64,000 nucleotides of DNA from Sphagnum compactum (Eukaryota), in assembly GCA_965153455.1 (NCBI GenBank), contig OZ234493.1, positions 14,622,213 through 14,686,212 of the forward strand. The letters run 5' to 3'. The notes under the pieces are model-generated. The model searched no databases and had not been told where the DNA came from. It worked only from the letters and a program-made list of their open reading frames with translations. The translations under genes and the position numbers were made by a program. Below are positions 27,831-39,446 of the stretch, in pieces; position 1 is the first letter of the stretch, and every line of letters begins with the position of its first letter.

Positions 27831-28244
27831 TCACAATTGCAAAAAATCTAGAATGTGACGAATGGAGCGAGCGAGGTACTCGGCTCGGTGCTCCATGGGA
27901 AGGGGGTTGATTGGCCCTCGTAGCCAACGATAATGGCCATCACCTGGAACCCACGTTCGACAATGGAGACGGACATCATCATCTTCGCATTGACACTCTT
28001 CAAACTTTTTTGGCACGGCTCCACGAGCAGGAACGAATTCTAAATAGATTGCTAAAGCATGTGGGTTAGGAGACAATTGACGATCCCATGCCGAACGATC
28101 GACTCGAGTGCGCACCACTCGCCTAGGCGGTTCTTCTTCGCGCGGCCGTTGAGAAACAATCACGTCGAGCGGTGCTTCTTCAAGCTCTTCCTGTTCTATT
28201 GGTGCAACTGGAGGATTCGAAGGCATAACGACATCATCCGCCAT
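27831..28244 (-). CDS. Orphan 137-aa ORF carried inside the solo-LTR-like element
   Basis: Intronless ATG-to-TGA ORF with a good start context (GTCATGG). It is GC/CpG-rich compared with the flanks and has natural-looking composition (acidic N-terminus, basic patch, CxC..HC). No family recognised. Confidence 0.55.
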   Translation of the reverse strand: MADDVVMPSNPPVAPIEQEELEEAPLDVIVSQRPREEEPPRRVVRTRVDRSAWDRQLSPNPHALAIYLEFVPARGAVPKKFEECQCEDDDVRLHCRTWVPGDGHYRWLRGPINPLPMEHRAEYLARSIRHILDFLQL

Positions 28245-28802
28245 GACTAGTTCTCACATGCATCAACAAAAACCAAGAAGGTAGTACAAACAATGTGGTA
28301 CTTGCGTTAAGAAGGGGTCGAAGCCTTTTTATTTACCAAATTAGGGTAGGCGTAAGGTGTGGGAGTGACGGCGGAACCTCATGAAAACTCGAACATCCTA
28401 GATCTAATGGATTCATCAAACCTTAATTTCGACGGCGGATCTAGAAGTATGTGGGGGGTTTTTTGTGGTGCAAATTTTACTTCCAATTTACTATGTACTA
28501 CATAGTTAACTAGTGCATGGTAAAATAAATAGGTAGGGGATATCAAAAGAGTAAATGGTACATGGAAATGTTAGTTCAACCAATGAATTAGTTATGTAAG
28601 AATTCAAGGACGTTACTTGTTACTACCGATAAACTATCCTAGTAGTTAGTTACTTGAAGTAATTAGGATGAAGAAGTAAGATGTGAAGGTCAACGACGGA
28701 AAGAATAAGGATGAAGCTCAAGAGACCTCATCAAGATATCCAAGATAAAGGAAGGGATGAATCCTCCAATCCCATTAGTCATGAGGATTGTCATCCTATT
28801 TG

Positions 28803-28952
28803 ATTGAAGGATGGAATATTTCTTGTGTCTCATTGGGCCCAAGAATTTTCATCCTAAACTCAATTGGATGGTAATTTATTCTCAATTCTCATTGGCTCTA
28901 GAAGGATGAGGAGGCCATTGATTGGAGCAAAGGATTTCAAAGCTTTCATTGG
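28803..28952. promoter_or_regulatory. Periodic CCAAT-box array within the LTR-like element
   Basis: ATTGG at 28832, 28863, 28891, 28921 and 28948, plus ATTGA at 28803; spacing 27-31 bp. Confidence 0.55.
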
Positions 28953-29145
28953 ACAAGGGGAACAAGCTCAAGGAAGGTCATGGAGGCTTACCAAGGGAGA
29001 GGGTATTGTGTGTATGTGAGAAAAAAGAAAGAGGAGGAGGTGTGAGGAAGAATTTTTAGTTTTTATGTGTGGAGAGGTGTTCATGGAAAAGGTGTGTGCA
29101 AGAATCAAACATGGAAGGAAGTTGTGTGTAACAAATACTTGTAGC

Positions 29146-29513
29146 AAAGCCTCTGGATTTTTGGTTCAATTAATTGTTCCTCCCAAATGCACCGTTGGAT
29201 TTGTGTCAAAATGAAATCAGTTTTAGTTTGGAAGGTGTAGAAGGTTGTCCCCAATTTTCAGCATCATCGGGTTTGCTGTCAGGGAGTTACACTGGTTGGA
29301 AGTAAGGGGTGTTGTAGTGGAGTTCATGGAAGGATTTCTATGACAAGGCCTCTGAATTTTTATTTCAATTAATTGTTCCTCCCAAATCCACCGTTGGATT
29401 CGTGTCAAATTTAAATCCGTCTTAGTTTGAGAGGTGTAAAAGGTTCTCCTCAAAATTCAGCATCATCGGAATTGCTGTAAGGGAGCTACACTTGTTGGAA
29501 GTAGAGGGGGTTG
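29146..29513. repeat. Tandem duplication, 199-bp period, inside the LTR-like element
   Basis: TCAATTAATTGTTCCTCCCAAAT.CACCGTTGGATT.GTGTCAAA..CAGCATCATCGG..GTTGGAAGTA occurs at 29166 and 29365. Confidence 0.9.
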
Positions 29514-30016
29514 AATTGTCTGTTTTTTCCTTCAATCGAAGCAAAGTGGTTTCTAGTTCAAAGCTTAACTCTTGATCTAAAAATAAAAACTTATGAGATT
29601 TTGTAACTCGGCTCCTTTTATATTAGCTTTCCAAAAATTCAATGCATGTTAGATTAGGAGGTTATATGTAGATGTTATAACAAATGGAACGGAAGGGTTC
29701 CAACCATCAAGCGTGACATTGGATTGAACATCAACATACGGCTCCTTCATATTCCATCATGGTGAGTTATGATTATCTCAAAATGTCTTTGTATCTTCAA
29801 ATTGGACACAACGCATTAGATACTTATTGAATTTCATTACTTACCTTGAACCGCCTTACTTGTTAGAACTACAACTACATAGTAATTCCACTTCCAACCG
29901 ATTTTTTTTTTGTGAATGCATATCTTAATGGTGAAGGTGTGCAAGAATTCCTCACAATGCTCATCATCTTTCATTCATTCAGCTTCTTCTTGTGAGAAGG
30001 ATCGATAAGAGAAGAA

Positions 30017-30394
30017 ATGACTTCGTGCTGTTGTTATAGCAATAGCAATGCTGCCATCTTTTCCTCTTCGTATTCGTCGATAGAATCCTCCTTCACTCAC
30101 AATGACGCACCAATTCTGTCTCCAACCCGTGTTTCCTTCTCGTCGTCATCATCGTTGTTGCACTGTAGTAGATTAGGATCTGTTGTTGTTTCTGGAAAAT
30201 CGAAGTTTCAGGATAGAGTGAAGAACGCAGGATTTACAAAATCTAGTGCTGCGCAGAGCTCACAAACACATTATAACTCTTCTTCCTCTCCTACCCATCT
30301 CTTTTTCTTCTCAGCATCATCATTTCCGCACTCTAGATTAAGGTTTAAGGTTTATGGAGCATTAGGATTTATAAATAATGCACTAGTCACCTAA
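30017..30394 (+). pseudogene. Orphan 5' gene fragment encoding a Ser-rich, plastid transit-peptide-like sequence
   Basis: The ORF MTSCCCYSNSNAAIFSSS.. is very Ser-rich and is preceded by UTR-like sequence that the LTR insertion splits. No downstream exons could be identified. Confidence 0.35.
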
Positions 30395-33300
30395 TAAACT
30401 TTTCAAAACACGTACATGGATAACTAGTTTTAAGAGTTTTTTTGAGAACTTTTTATTTATTATTTATTATTATTTTTTAGACTAAATTATCACTAGACTT
30501 TTATTAACAAATACATGTTGAAAAAAATTAAGAATTGAAAAAAAAATTAAAAAAAAATTCATATAAGATCACTTGTTTGTTAATATTGATCCATATTTCA
30601 CACATGTCACACATTGTATTCTTTGTAATGCTCACTGTTAATATGAGTTGGAAAATCAAAACCATTTAAGGTTTGTAATCGAGTTGAATCATTACAAAAC
30701 CTCAATAACAACAAATGGCCCTAACCATAATGCATAATATTAAAAAAATTAATTTAACTTCATATTTATGAACAAGGGTTTAGTCCTTGTATTTTTTATT
30801 GAACGAAGCCCTACACCTACAATGTTGCATAATTTTAAAATGTTAATAACTTCATTGCTTAACATCATCAAACCTTTCAATGGTTCCAATATGTTTTTTT
30901 AAAAATATTGATTCATTCAACCTTGCGTGATTAGTAATACAAAAAGAATTTTTTAAAATTTTGATAAGTAAAATGACATCAATGTTATAAATCATGTGTG
31001 ATAACATAATAGGTGATCGTATAGGTTGATAAACTATTATTAGATTTGAAATCATATATATTTTTTATGTACATTTATTAAGGTTTAATTTAGATTCACA
31101 CGTTGAATTTGACTTTTTGTTTAAAGGTTGTAAAGTGTGATTTCCCATGATTGATTTGGAATAAGCTTGCCCTGGTATTATTTGTTTCATTTTTAAAACG
31201 TTTACCCTCATCATTTATGAGGGATTGGGATAGGCAAATCGAGTAATGACATTTTTATACAAAAATATGGCTATGGCTTTAACATCATCAATATTGATTA
31301 CCTTGGCCTTTGATCATTCTCTTTCTAAAAAACATATTATAATTAAAAAAAAAATCTCAATAAAAAAATTATATGAAATGCCCAATTTGATTTGCACAAA
31401 TTATATCTCACATCGTTTATATGTTTAACATTTAATGAAATAATTATTGAACTAACGTAAATGTGTTTCAATTTGATCGACATTTATTCATCATAATCAT
31501 AATTATTTAAAAACAGCAAATTATGCAAGTTTACTTTAACAAATTTATAATTAAAATGTAAATATTGGGATCATATCTTATTATTTTGTGAAATTTCAAA
31601 TCCAAAATTTTCTAATATTTTGAATTGAATATTGGAGGAAATGGATATCCTTTAAATTTGTCAAAATTATGTATTTATAATGACTCTGAAATGAATCTAT
31701 CAAAGTTAATTATTTCATATTTGGGATTGGTTTCAAAATTTGAATATTTTATAAAATATTTTTTTCAAACATAGTATAACTTGATAATAAAATCATATAA
31801 AAGAGAGGCATGCAATGTAAAATAGTAAGCAAATCTTGCAAACAATGACTAAATCTTCCTTTTCTTTTTATTCCTTTCAAAATTTTTGACAAAAATAAAA
31901 AAATGACAATGAATCAATAAATTAAATCAAACATTTTTAATGTGAATAAATTGTGTGTTAATTGACAAACTAATATGGATTTATGGACAATGTAATTTTT
32001 CTCCATGTTTGAATTTTGAACCAAAGTTGGTATTTCAATTTTTAAAAAATAAAATTTTGTACTCAGGAATTGATCATATTAAAATCATAAGAAAAATATA
32101 AATATCCATAAGTAATAAATTTATAAGTTGAACACATGTTTGTTGTTTTGTAATTCAAGTTTCAATACAATTATCATCATTTAAAAAAAGAGTTTAAAAA
32201 AAAATGTTTTAAATCAAGAAATGTTGTTTTAATTTAGTTTAATCATGAAAATGTTGTTTTCATGCACAAGGTTAAAGGATTTTTTAATTTCATTTTTTCA
32301 ACCTTGTTAAGTTCAATCATGAATACATATTTATAAAGTTAGATGTTAAATGTTCAACGTTGCAAAAAACAAATTGCGATATTCATGTATGAAAAAAAGA
32401 TTCGATTTGTGTGTGATTTGACTATATTGTTCAACATCATAACAAATTTTCATGTCTTTGAAATCAATTGAAAGCCCATGGAGAGGAAGAAAAGAAAATA
32501 ACCTTTTCATTTTGTAACAATTGATGGAATTATGTTCTTCAATGCATGATTTCATTTAAAATCTTTTTGTTCTAATCAATCAATTTAATTAACTAATTAT
32601 TATTTTTTTGGAAAATGGATTAATAGTTCACATTCTTTTTCATTTTAAGGTTTTAGTTTTTAATTAGCAAAAACATATGAAGAAAAATCTAAAAAATGTG
32701 AAAGGTGTCATATTTAGTTCAAATCTAACTATATAAATTCACAATGATTTGCCTTTAAGAATGTTTGAAACCATTGAAAATTTCAAACAATGAAAGTGTC
32801 CATAAGATTCAAATATTACATTAAACATTAAACCCCATTCAAATTTTAATTTGATAATTTGACATGATCCAACCTTGGCATGGCCACATCCTTCTAATGG
32901 GAACTATTGGATTTCAAATGGTGAGTTTGAACATTAACCAAATTGAAATTTCTAATTCATTTCAATTCAATACATAAGACGTTTTATGTGTTCATGTGAA
33001 AAAACAAAAGAGTTGATGAAACTGTTCAAAAATTTGCAAATTTAAAAAAATAATTTGAAATTTTATTAATATATGCAAAGTATATAGCCTTTTCTTTCCC
33101 ATCTTCACCACGATAGAAAGACAAATTGAAGTTTCTTTCTTCGCCCTTGGATAATTCGTAAAGCTATTAGGAATGACAAAAGTAATAAATACATATTATA
33201 AATTATGTTATATTCAAGGATGAATCATTTTGACTAGTGTTAATCATTACTCAAGCTTACAACAAATGAATTGAATAAGAAAAGTTTTAAGAAAAAAAAG

Positions 33301-36135
33301 AATGTAAGAAAATGATATAAGGAGAAAAATATCCCCAAGAAAGTAATTAAATTAGAAGAAATGCATGAAAAAATATCATTAAAAAAAAATCAAAATACCA
33401 ATCAACCTCGAGTTTCAGATTCTTCAATGTAAAAACTGAGAATTGCAATTCACAAATCATCTTGACAAGAATAAGGATGGGTACGTATCATAGTTGCATA
33501 AGACACTTGTAGTTGCATAAGACAAGTTGCAATAGATAGTGTTTTTCTAGTTAGTTATAGTTTGGTTATAGGATTGAGGAAGAGAGTTAGGGTTAAGCCA
33601 TGGGTCTATAGTCTATACCAATATAGAAAGAGGGCGAAGTTTTTGAGAGAGAGATACAAGAGAGAGACAAGGAACTTACTCGCAGTTTTTTGAAATAGGT
33701 GCCATTGCAAATTCAATCGAAAAGTTCAAGCAGGATAGCCATGTTGACACTGTCTTTCTTTTGGGTGGCTATAGCAAACCTCAAGAAACAACACACCCAT
33801 CTGGATCACAACACGTCATTAGACTTCATCAGCTATTAATGCAACACATTTGAGAAGGTAATTTCCCAATAGGGTGGTGGGCAATCAATGAACAAATAGG
33901 TAGTCAACTGTAAGAACATTGGCAATGTGTTTCATTCTATTTCAGAGACTAGAAAAATAGTTGATTTCCTGAGAGTTTCAGGCCCATAAATCTCATAAAA
34001 CCTCTTCATGAAAAGTGTCATAGTATTATTACCTCCAAACTCCTACCATGCATGCCCAAAAAAAAGGATACATTTCAAATCACCATTGAGAAGCCAATTA
34101 CTGGTTAGGTTATGGGTACTCTAATCTAGCCTGAACCACCACACTTTGAGCAAAGTTCTTGCCAGGATGCAGTGTGTCAGGAGGCCTTTTACCTTCTACT
34201 TGATAGCAGCTTTCCATCACAGGGACCCTTTCAAGCAAAATGGAAGTCTTTGAATAAAATCCACAGGTAATGCTAAGTTCGCCCAAAAGCCACAGCAGTT
34301 CCTGGAAACCTCTTCCCACCACAGTTTCCAAACTTGTTCCTGCTGTTGTACAACTCCATGATGAATCCCACATTGATAGGCCCCAAAAAAGCACCAGCCA
34401 AAATTGTATCACCAACCAACATTCTTCAAGCACTTACAAACAAATTCAATTACAGCTAGCTAGCTACATTTTCTCTACCAATCTGTCTGTTTCCAGCATT
34501 TCCTCGAGTAATGCTGATGAATGCAAAAAGAGCCCAGGGGAAATTGCTGCAGTGTGATCATCCAACACAGTGAAAATTTGTTGTGCAAAGATTGAAGACT
34601 TATAAGCTCTGATGAACAGGAGCATAAACCCAAGGGTTTTAATGCTTCCAGACATCAAGCACATCAAGCAAAAAATGCAGGCAAATATGCAGAAATCTGC
34701 ACATGTAGACAATTCTACTCAAGAATATGCAAAAAATCCATGCACAAAGATGAGTTGTTGCAGGATTCATCTCCGTCTGTGCTCTTCCAATTGTGCAGAA
34801 GCATGATCCACCAAAAGGGTGCAAAAGGATGGATCTGACACCTCTAGAACACACAAACAAACAGCAGCAGAAAATCAGAATAGCCTCAGCAAGCTTACCA
34901 GTTTTTTCTTCCAGGGTTTGGTTGATCAGAGGGGTGGGAGTGGGGGGGGCAATAGGGCTGCTGCTGCTGCTGAGGATTTTTCCAGAATGGAGAGTTGTTG
35001 CAAAAGGTAAGGTTTATTCATTCAGGGTTTATGAAGAAGACCTAAACGAAATCTGTTAGAAAGCAAGCTCTGTCTGCTTCAGGTCTGAGATTTTTTGTTG
35101 CCTTTCTTCCTCACCTCAGATGATTGCAGACCTGTTTGAATGCTGCTTTCTAGATTTTGTGCCTCGCTGCAAGAACAACAATGTTGTAGAAGCTAAGAAC
35201 AAGAGTTGCAGCATGATATGCAACAAGAGGAGGTTTCTGGGCTCCTTTCAATGCTCCCTCCTGCTCTCAGAAAACCAAAACCCTAGCTCCTCAAGCTTCA
35301 TGGGTGCAGCAGCAGCATTCGATGGATGGAGTCCCCACCCAATTCCCAATTCCTCCCCAAAAATTGTTTGATCAAGCCAAAGTTGCAGCCTCGATCGATC
35401 CGATGAAACCCAACAATCCAGAGCCCCGGATTCTCGGAAACAAATCCCACCATCAAAGGTAGAGAATCTAGGAGGTACAAAAAAAAAAAAGTGGGTGTAT
35501 GAGGGAGCGAGTACAGACGAGGGATTTTCGCAGCCACCCACCCACCTACCTGTCTTGTGTTATCTATCCATTCGCGGGCGTGGAAAATTCGCGACACCTA
35601 GACGTCATCAGCGAGCTTTCCTCCTGAAGCTCACGAAGTTTATGTAACTTGCAAACCCATCAAGCCCTGGACGATGATCAAAGACCTAAAGCAAAACAAT
35701 CAGTAGTAGTTTCTGGCAAAGGATGTTGAAGAAACTGCTCCTGTCTGGGGGACTGGTTTTAGGGTTTGAGGACGTCTAAAACCCTAAACCCATTCTCTGG
35801 TTTTTTGTTTTTTTGGGGGTGGTTGTTGTAGAGACAGATTTCTCTGTTTTTTGTTTCAGAGACGTACATTTTTTGTTGCAGAAATTTTGATTGCAAAGAG
35901 AGAGAGAGAATGTGTGTGTTGTGTGGGAATTGCATTTTGGAAGTTGGGTTTTGTCAGATTTCTTCAGAAAGGTTTGCAGAAGAGAAAGTAGGAGGAGTTG
36001 TAGAACAAAATTGCAGTTGCAGAAAGAAATTTTCTTCAGAGTTGCCGAAGAGAATTGAGAAGAAGGAAAGAAGAAGAAGAAAGAGAGGAGGATAGGGGAT
36101 TGTTCCTTGAGAAAGCTTGGAGCAGGTAGTTGGGA

Positions 36136-38045
36136 ATGGCCACACTGGCTGTTCCTGCTGCTGCTGCTCCTCCTCCACTTGTGGCAGCATCATCATTGAG
36201 GAGCAGCAAGCAGGATGGTAGTGGAAGGGTGAGCTCTGTGATGGCGGTGCTCCCAGCTGCTGCCAGCAACTCCAATTTGTCTCTTGCTTCTGCCCTCCCC
36301 TATGGAAGAGGCATCCATCAGCACAGACAGCCTCTTGTTCACATCTCTCCGATGCCAAGGTTCTTCACCGTTGACCCTTGATGATTTTCTTTGTTGTTGG
36401 GTCTTTTTTGCTTGGTCTTTTGGTTGCAATTTTTTTTCCTCATAGTTGATTGATTGTCTTCTTCATCTGTTTTTGCAGATGGTTGCAAGTGAGAGGATCC
36501 CGACTGCAGGAGAAGCCACAACAAAACAGTAGAAATTCACAAGTGCAGGAGATTCAATGTCAGTCATCAAGAGCACAGCAGCATCCACATTGTTGGGACG
36601 CAGGGTTTGCAGATTCCTCCTCGAGCTTGCAAACGAATAGATTGCGACACGCCGCTGCACACGCACAAGAAGCAGCAGCAGCAAATCAGGATTCACAGTT
36701 TGTCGCAGAACTGGATGGTGGGGAACCTGCACAAGAAGGGGTGGTGGTGTTGGTCATCGGAGGAGGTGGAAGAGAGCACGCGCTTTGTTACGGTTTACAA
36801 AGATCAGCCTCCTGTGATGGGGTCTTCTGTGCCCCTGGAAATGCAGGTATTGCAACTTCAGGTGATGCAATTTGCATCACCGATCTTGATGTTGCAGACA
36901 GCAATGCTGTTGTCTTCTTTTGCAAGCAGCGAGGTGTGGGACTGGTGGTGGTAGGTCCTGAAGCTCCCTTGGTTGCTGGGCTTGTCGATGATTTAACCAG
37001 TGCAGGCATCCCTGCCTTTGGTCCATCAGCTGCAGCAGCAGCATTAGAAGGCTCAAAGGATTTCATGAAACGCTTGTGTGACAAGTATGACATACCAACT
37101 GCAAAGTATCACTCCTTCACAGAAGCTGAGAATGCGAAGAAGTACATTCAGGAGCAAGGGGTTCCTATTGTAGTGAAAGCTGATGGTCTGGCAGCAGGCA
37201 AAGGAGTCGTTGTTGCACTCACATTAGAAGAGGCATTTGAAGCCGTGGATTCAATGCTGGTGAGGAGTGAATTTGGTTCAGCAGGAGGCATGGTGGTTGT
37301 GGAGGAGTTTTTGGATGGAGAGGAGGTTTCTTTCTTTGCACTAGTTGATGGAGAAAATGCAATTCCTTTAGTTTCTGCTCAGGATCACAAGCGAGTTGGA
37401 GATGGTGATACAGGTCCCAACACAGGAGGAATGGGAGCTTACTCACCTGCACCAGTGTTGAGTCCTGAGCTTGAGAAGCAAGTTATGGAATCCATAATCT
37501 ATCCAACTGTGAAGGGGATGGCAGCAGATGGCTGTCGGTATGTGGGAGTGTTGTATGCAGGGGTGATTATTGAGACGAAGACAGGGTTGCCAAAGCTTTT
37601 AGAATACAATGTTCGTTTTGGAGATCCTGAATGCCAGGTGTTGATGATGAGGTTTCGGTCAGACTTGGTGCAAGTACTGTTGGCAGCTTGCAAGGGAAAG
37701 CTTAAAGGGGTTCAACTGCAATGGGCTGATGATTCTGCCCTGGTGGTGGTGATGGCTAGCATTGGTTATCCTGGAAGCTACTCCAAAGGTTCAAAGATTG
37801 GAAACCTTGATGCTGCAGAGCTTTCAACTCCAGGTGCAAAGATCTTCCATGCTGGCACAGCACTTGACTCAAAAGGAAACATTGTGGCTACAGGAGGACG
37901 TGTGCTGGGAGTAACTGGAATTGGTAGAGATGTTGCTGAAGCTCAGCAGAATGCATATCAAGTCATTGATCAAATTGACTGGCCTGAGGGTTTCAATCGG
38001 CACGATATTGGGTGGCGAGCTGTATCACGCTTGCAAAAGGTCTAA
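36136..38045 (+). CDS. PUR2: Phosphoribosylamine--glycine ligase (GAR synthetase), organelle-targeted, ~596 aa
   Basis: join(36136..36359,36479..38045) with a phase-2 intron. Ala/Ser-rich transit peptide. PurD motifs VLVIGGGGREHAL, APGNAG, VVGPEAPLVAGLVD, LEGSK, VVKADGLAAGKGV, QDHKRVGDGDTGPNTGGMGAYSP, EYNVRFGDPECQ, FHAGT, GGRVL. Confidence 0.97.
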
Positions 38046-38685
38046 AGAGATTAGGCCTAGAGAACCTGAGATGTCACCCACAGAATGCTTTCTTTTCCTG
38101 CTTTTTGCAGTAATCCAGACTTGCAAACAAAGATAGTTTTCTTCTCAGTAGCAAGAACTGGTTAGGAACTGTTCAGGAATTTTGCATCCTTGGTGAAGAA
38201 GTTTTGTTTTATGCTCCCTGCTTGCCATTGAAAAAATATTTCTTAAGGATTCTTTATTGACTATGTTTTTTCTGCAATCACATTGGGGTGTCTTAGGTGA
38301 ACTTGGCCCTCATTTCAGAGCAATGCCAGTATTTCCAGCATATAGAATCTGTATTTCCAACATATAGAATCTGTATTTCCAAATGTCTCTTAGCCCTAGA
38401 CCTTATGCATGAAACAAATGGCACAGAGTATCTTCAATGCTTCTCCAATCTGCAAACTTGCACCATTGCCATTCAAGTGAGAGTTCACACTATTAACTGG
38501 TATCCAGCTACCAGCTTTTAGCAGGTTCAGAAATAGCAAGCTCTAGAAACTTCACACACTAGAATGGTCAAATCTCACAACCAAGAACCTGGTAGAAGGG
38601 CTACAGCAATCTTGTACTGAGTCATGGTACTCAGTTTATAAAAACCAACTCTCCTCCCCCCCCCCAGCTGTGTTTAGGGCATAAG

Positions 38686-39446
38686 TTACCCGGACACAGG
38701 CTTGATACCAAGCTTGTTGTCAGCTTCTTGAACAGCTCTTTTGAGATGAAGCACTTGGTACTGCAGCTTTTTATTCTCAGACACAAGCTTCTCTTTCTCT
38801 GCTTCGTGCTCCGCCTTGACTTTTAACAATTTTCCACGAAGTTCTACCAATGAAACTAGCAACTCCTCCTGTCCAACCACACCTGCCACTCAAACAAACA
38901 CAGCAAACCCAAATGTCAACGACAAAATGTCCTTAGCACCTGTGTCCTACTACAAGAAGCAAGTTGCTGCAATCCACCATGGATCAACCGCACTTGAGAC
39001 TTACCTCCACCACCCTGCACCGAAGCTTCCAACTTCGCAATTCGCTCCTGCAACACGCACAGAGCTATCTGAATGAGTTCAGAACCGGGCATGAAGCAAA
39101 AACCCTAGCGTAGTAATATGCACATCCACCTTACAAGCTATCACTCTGTGGGCTAGACTCCCGCCAAAGCAAGAATATACTCACTGGAGTCCCCTATCCC
39201 TGCTAAAATAAAAGGACAATTATAGCACCTCCATCCAAGCTCTATTCAGCTTTGAAAATGTCTGTCAAACAAGACGGCATTCTCGTGGTTGATTCAATTT
39301 TTGGAAATCCCGCTCACTCGACCCTACCAGCAGAAACTGCAAATTGGTATCAGAATGAAAATAGGAGTACTCACCTCTGCAAGCAGAGCGCGCTCGTGAA
39401 ACGGATGTAAGAGAGAGTCGAGATCGACGGAGCGCGCGTCCGCCAT
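38686..39446 (-). CDS. Small (103 aa) coiled-coil protein of unknown function
   Basis: join(39375..39446,39005..39047,38686..38882), with strong splice sites (GTGAGT, GTAAGT donors) and consistent phases. Product: MADARSVDLDSLLHPFHERALLAEERIAKLEASVQGGGGVVGQEELLVSLVELRGKLLKVKAEHEAEKEKLVSENKKLQYQVLHLKRAVQEADNKLGIKPVSG. Confidence 0.85.

Larger units (their letters stand above)
27313..29956. mobile_element. Probable solo LTR (2,644 bp) of an LTR retrotransposon
   Basis: Termini TGTGAG (27313) and CTCACA (29951-29956) form a 6-bp inverted repeat with TG...CA ends. Perfect 5-bp TSD ATGCT at 27308-27312 and 29957-29961. No gag/pol and no second LTR are visible. Confidence 0.8.

Noticed and set aside
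30400-33400. Short ORFs in very AT-rich DNA (also 300-2600 and 46300-52600)
   Set aside because: Composition is dominated by AT-rich codons (I, F, K, N, L, Y), with no motifs or splice structure. This is consistent with chance ORFs in decayed repeats.
33699-33858. Possible downstream exon for the 30017 orphan ORF
   Set aside because: It has AG/GT boundaries, but the open frame stops before the donor and resembles no recognisable protein.
36479-38045. Horizontal transfer or bacterial contamination suggested by the intronless PurD catalytic region
   Set aside because: The gene has a spliced transit-peptide exon, host-like codon usage and plant neighbours. A monofunctional, bacterial-like GAR synthetase is normal in plants.
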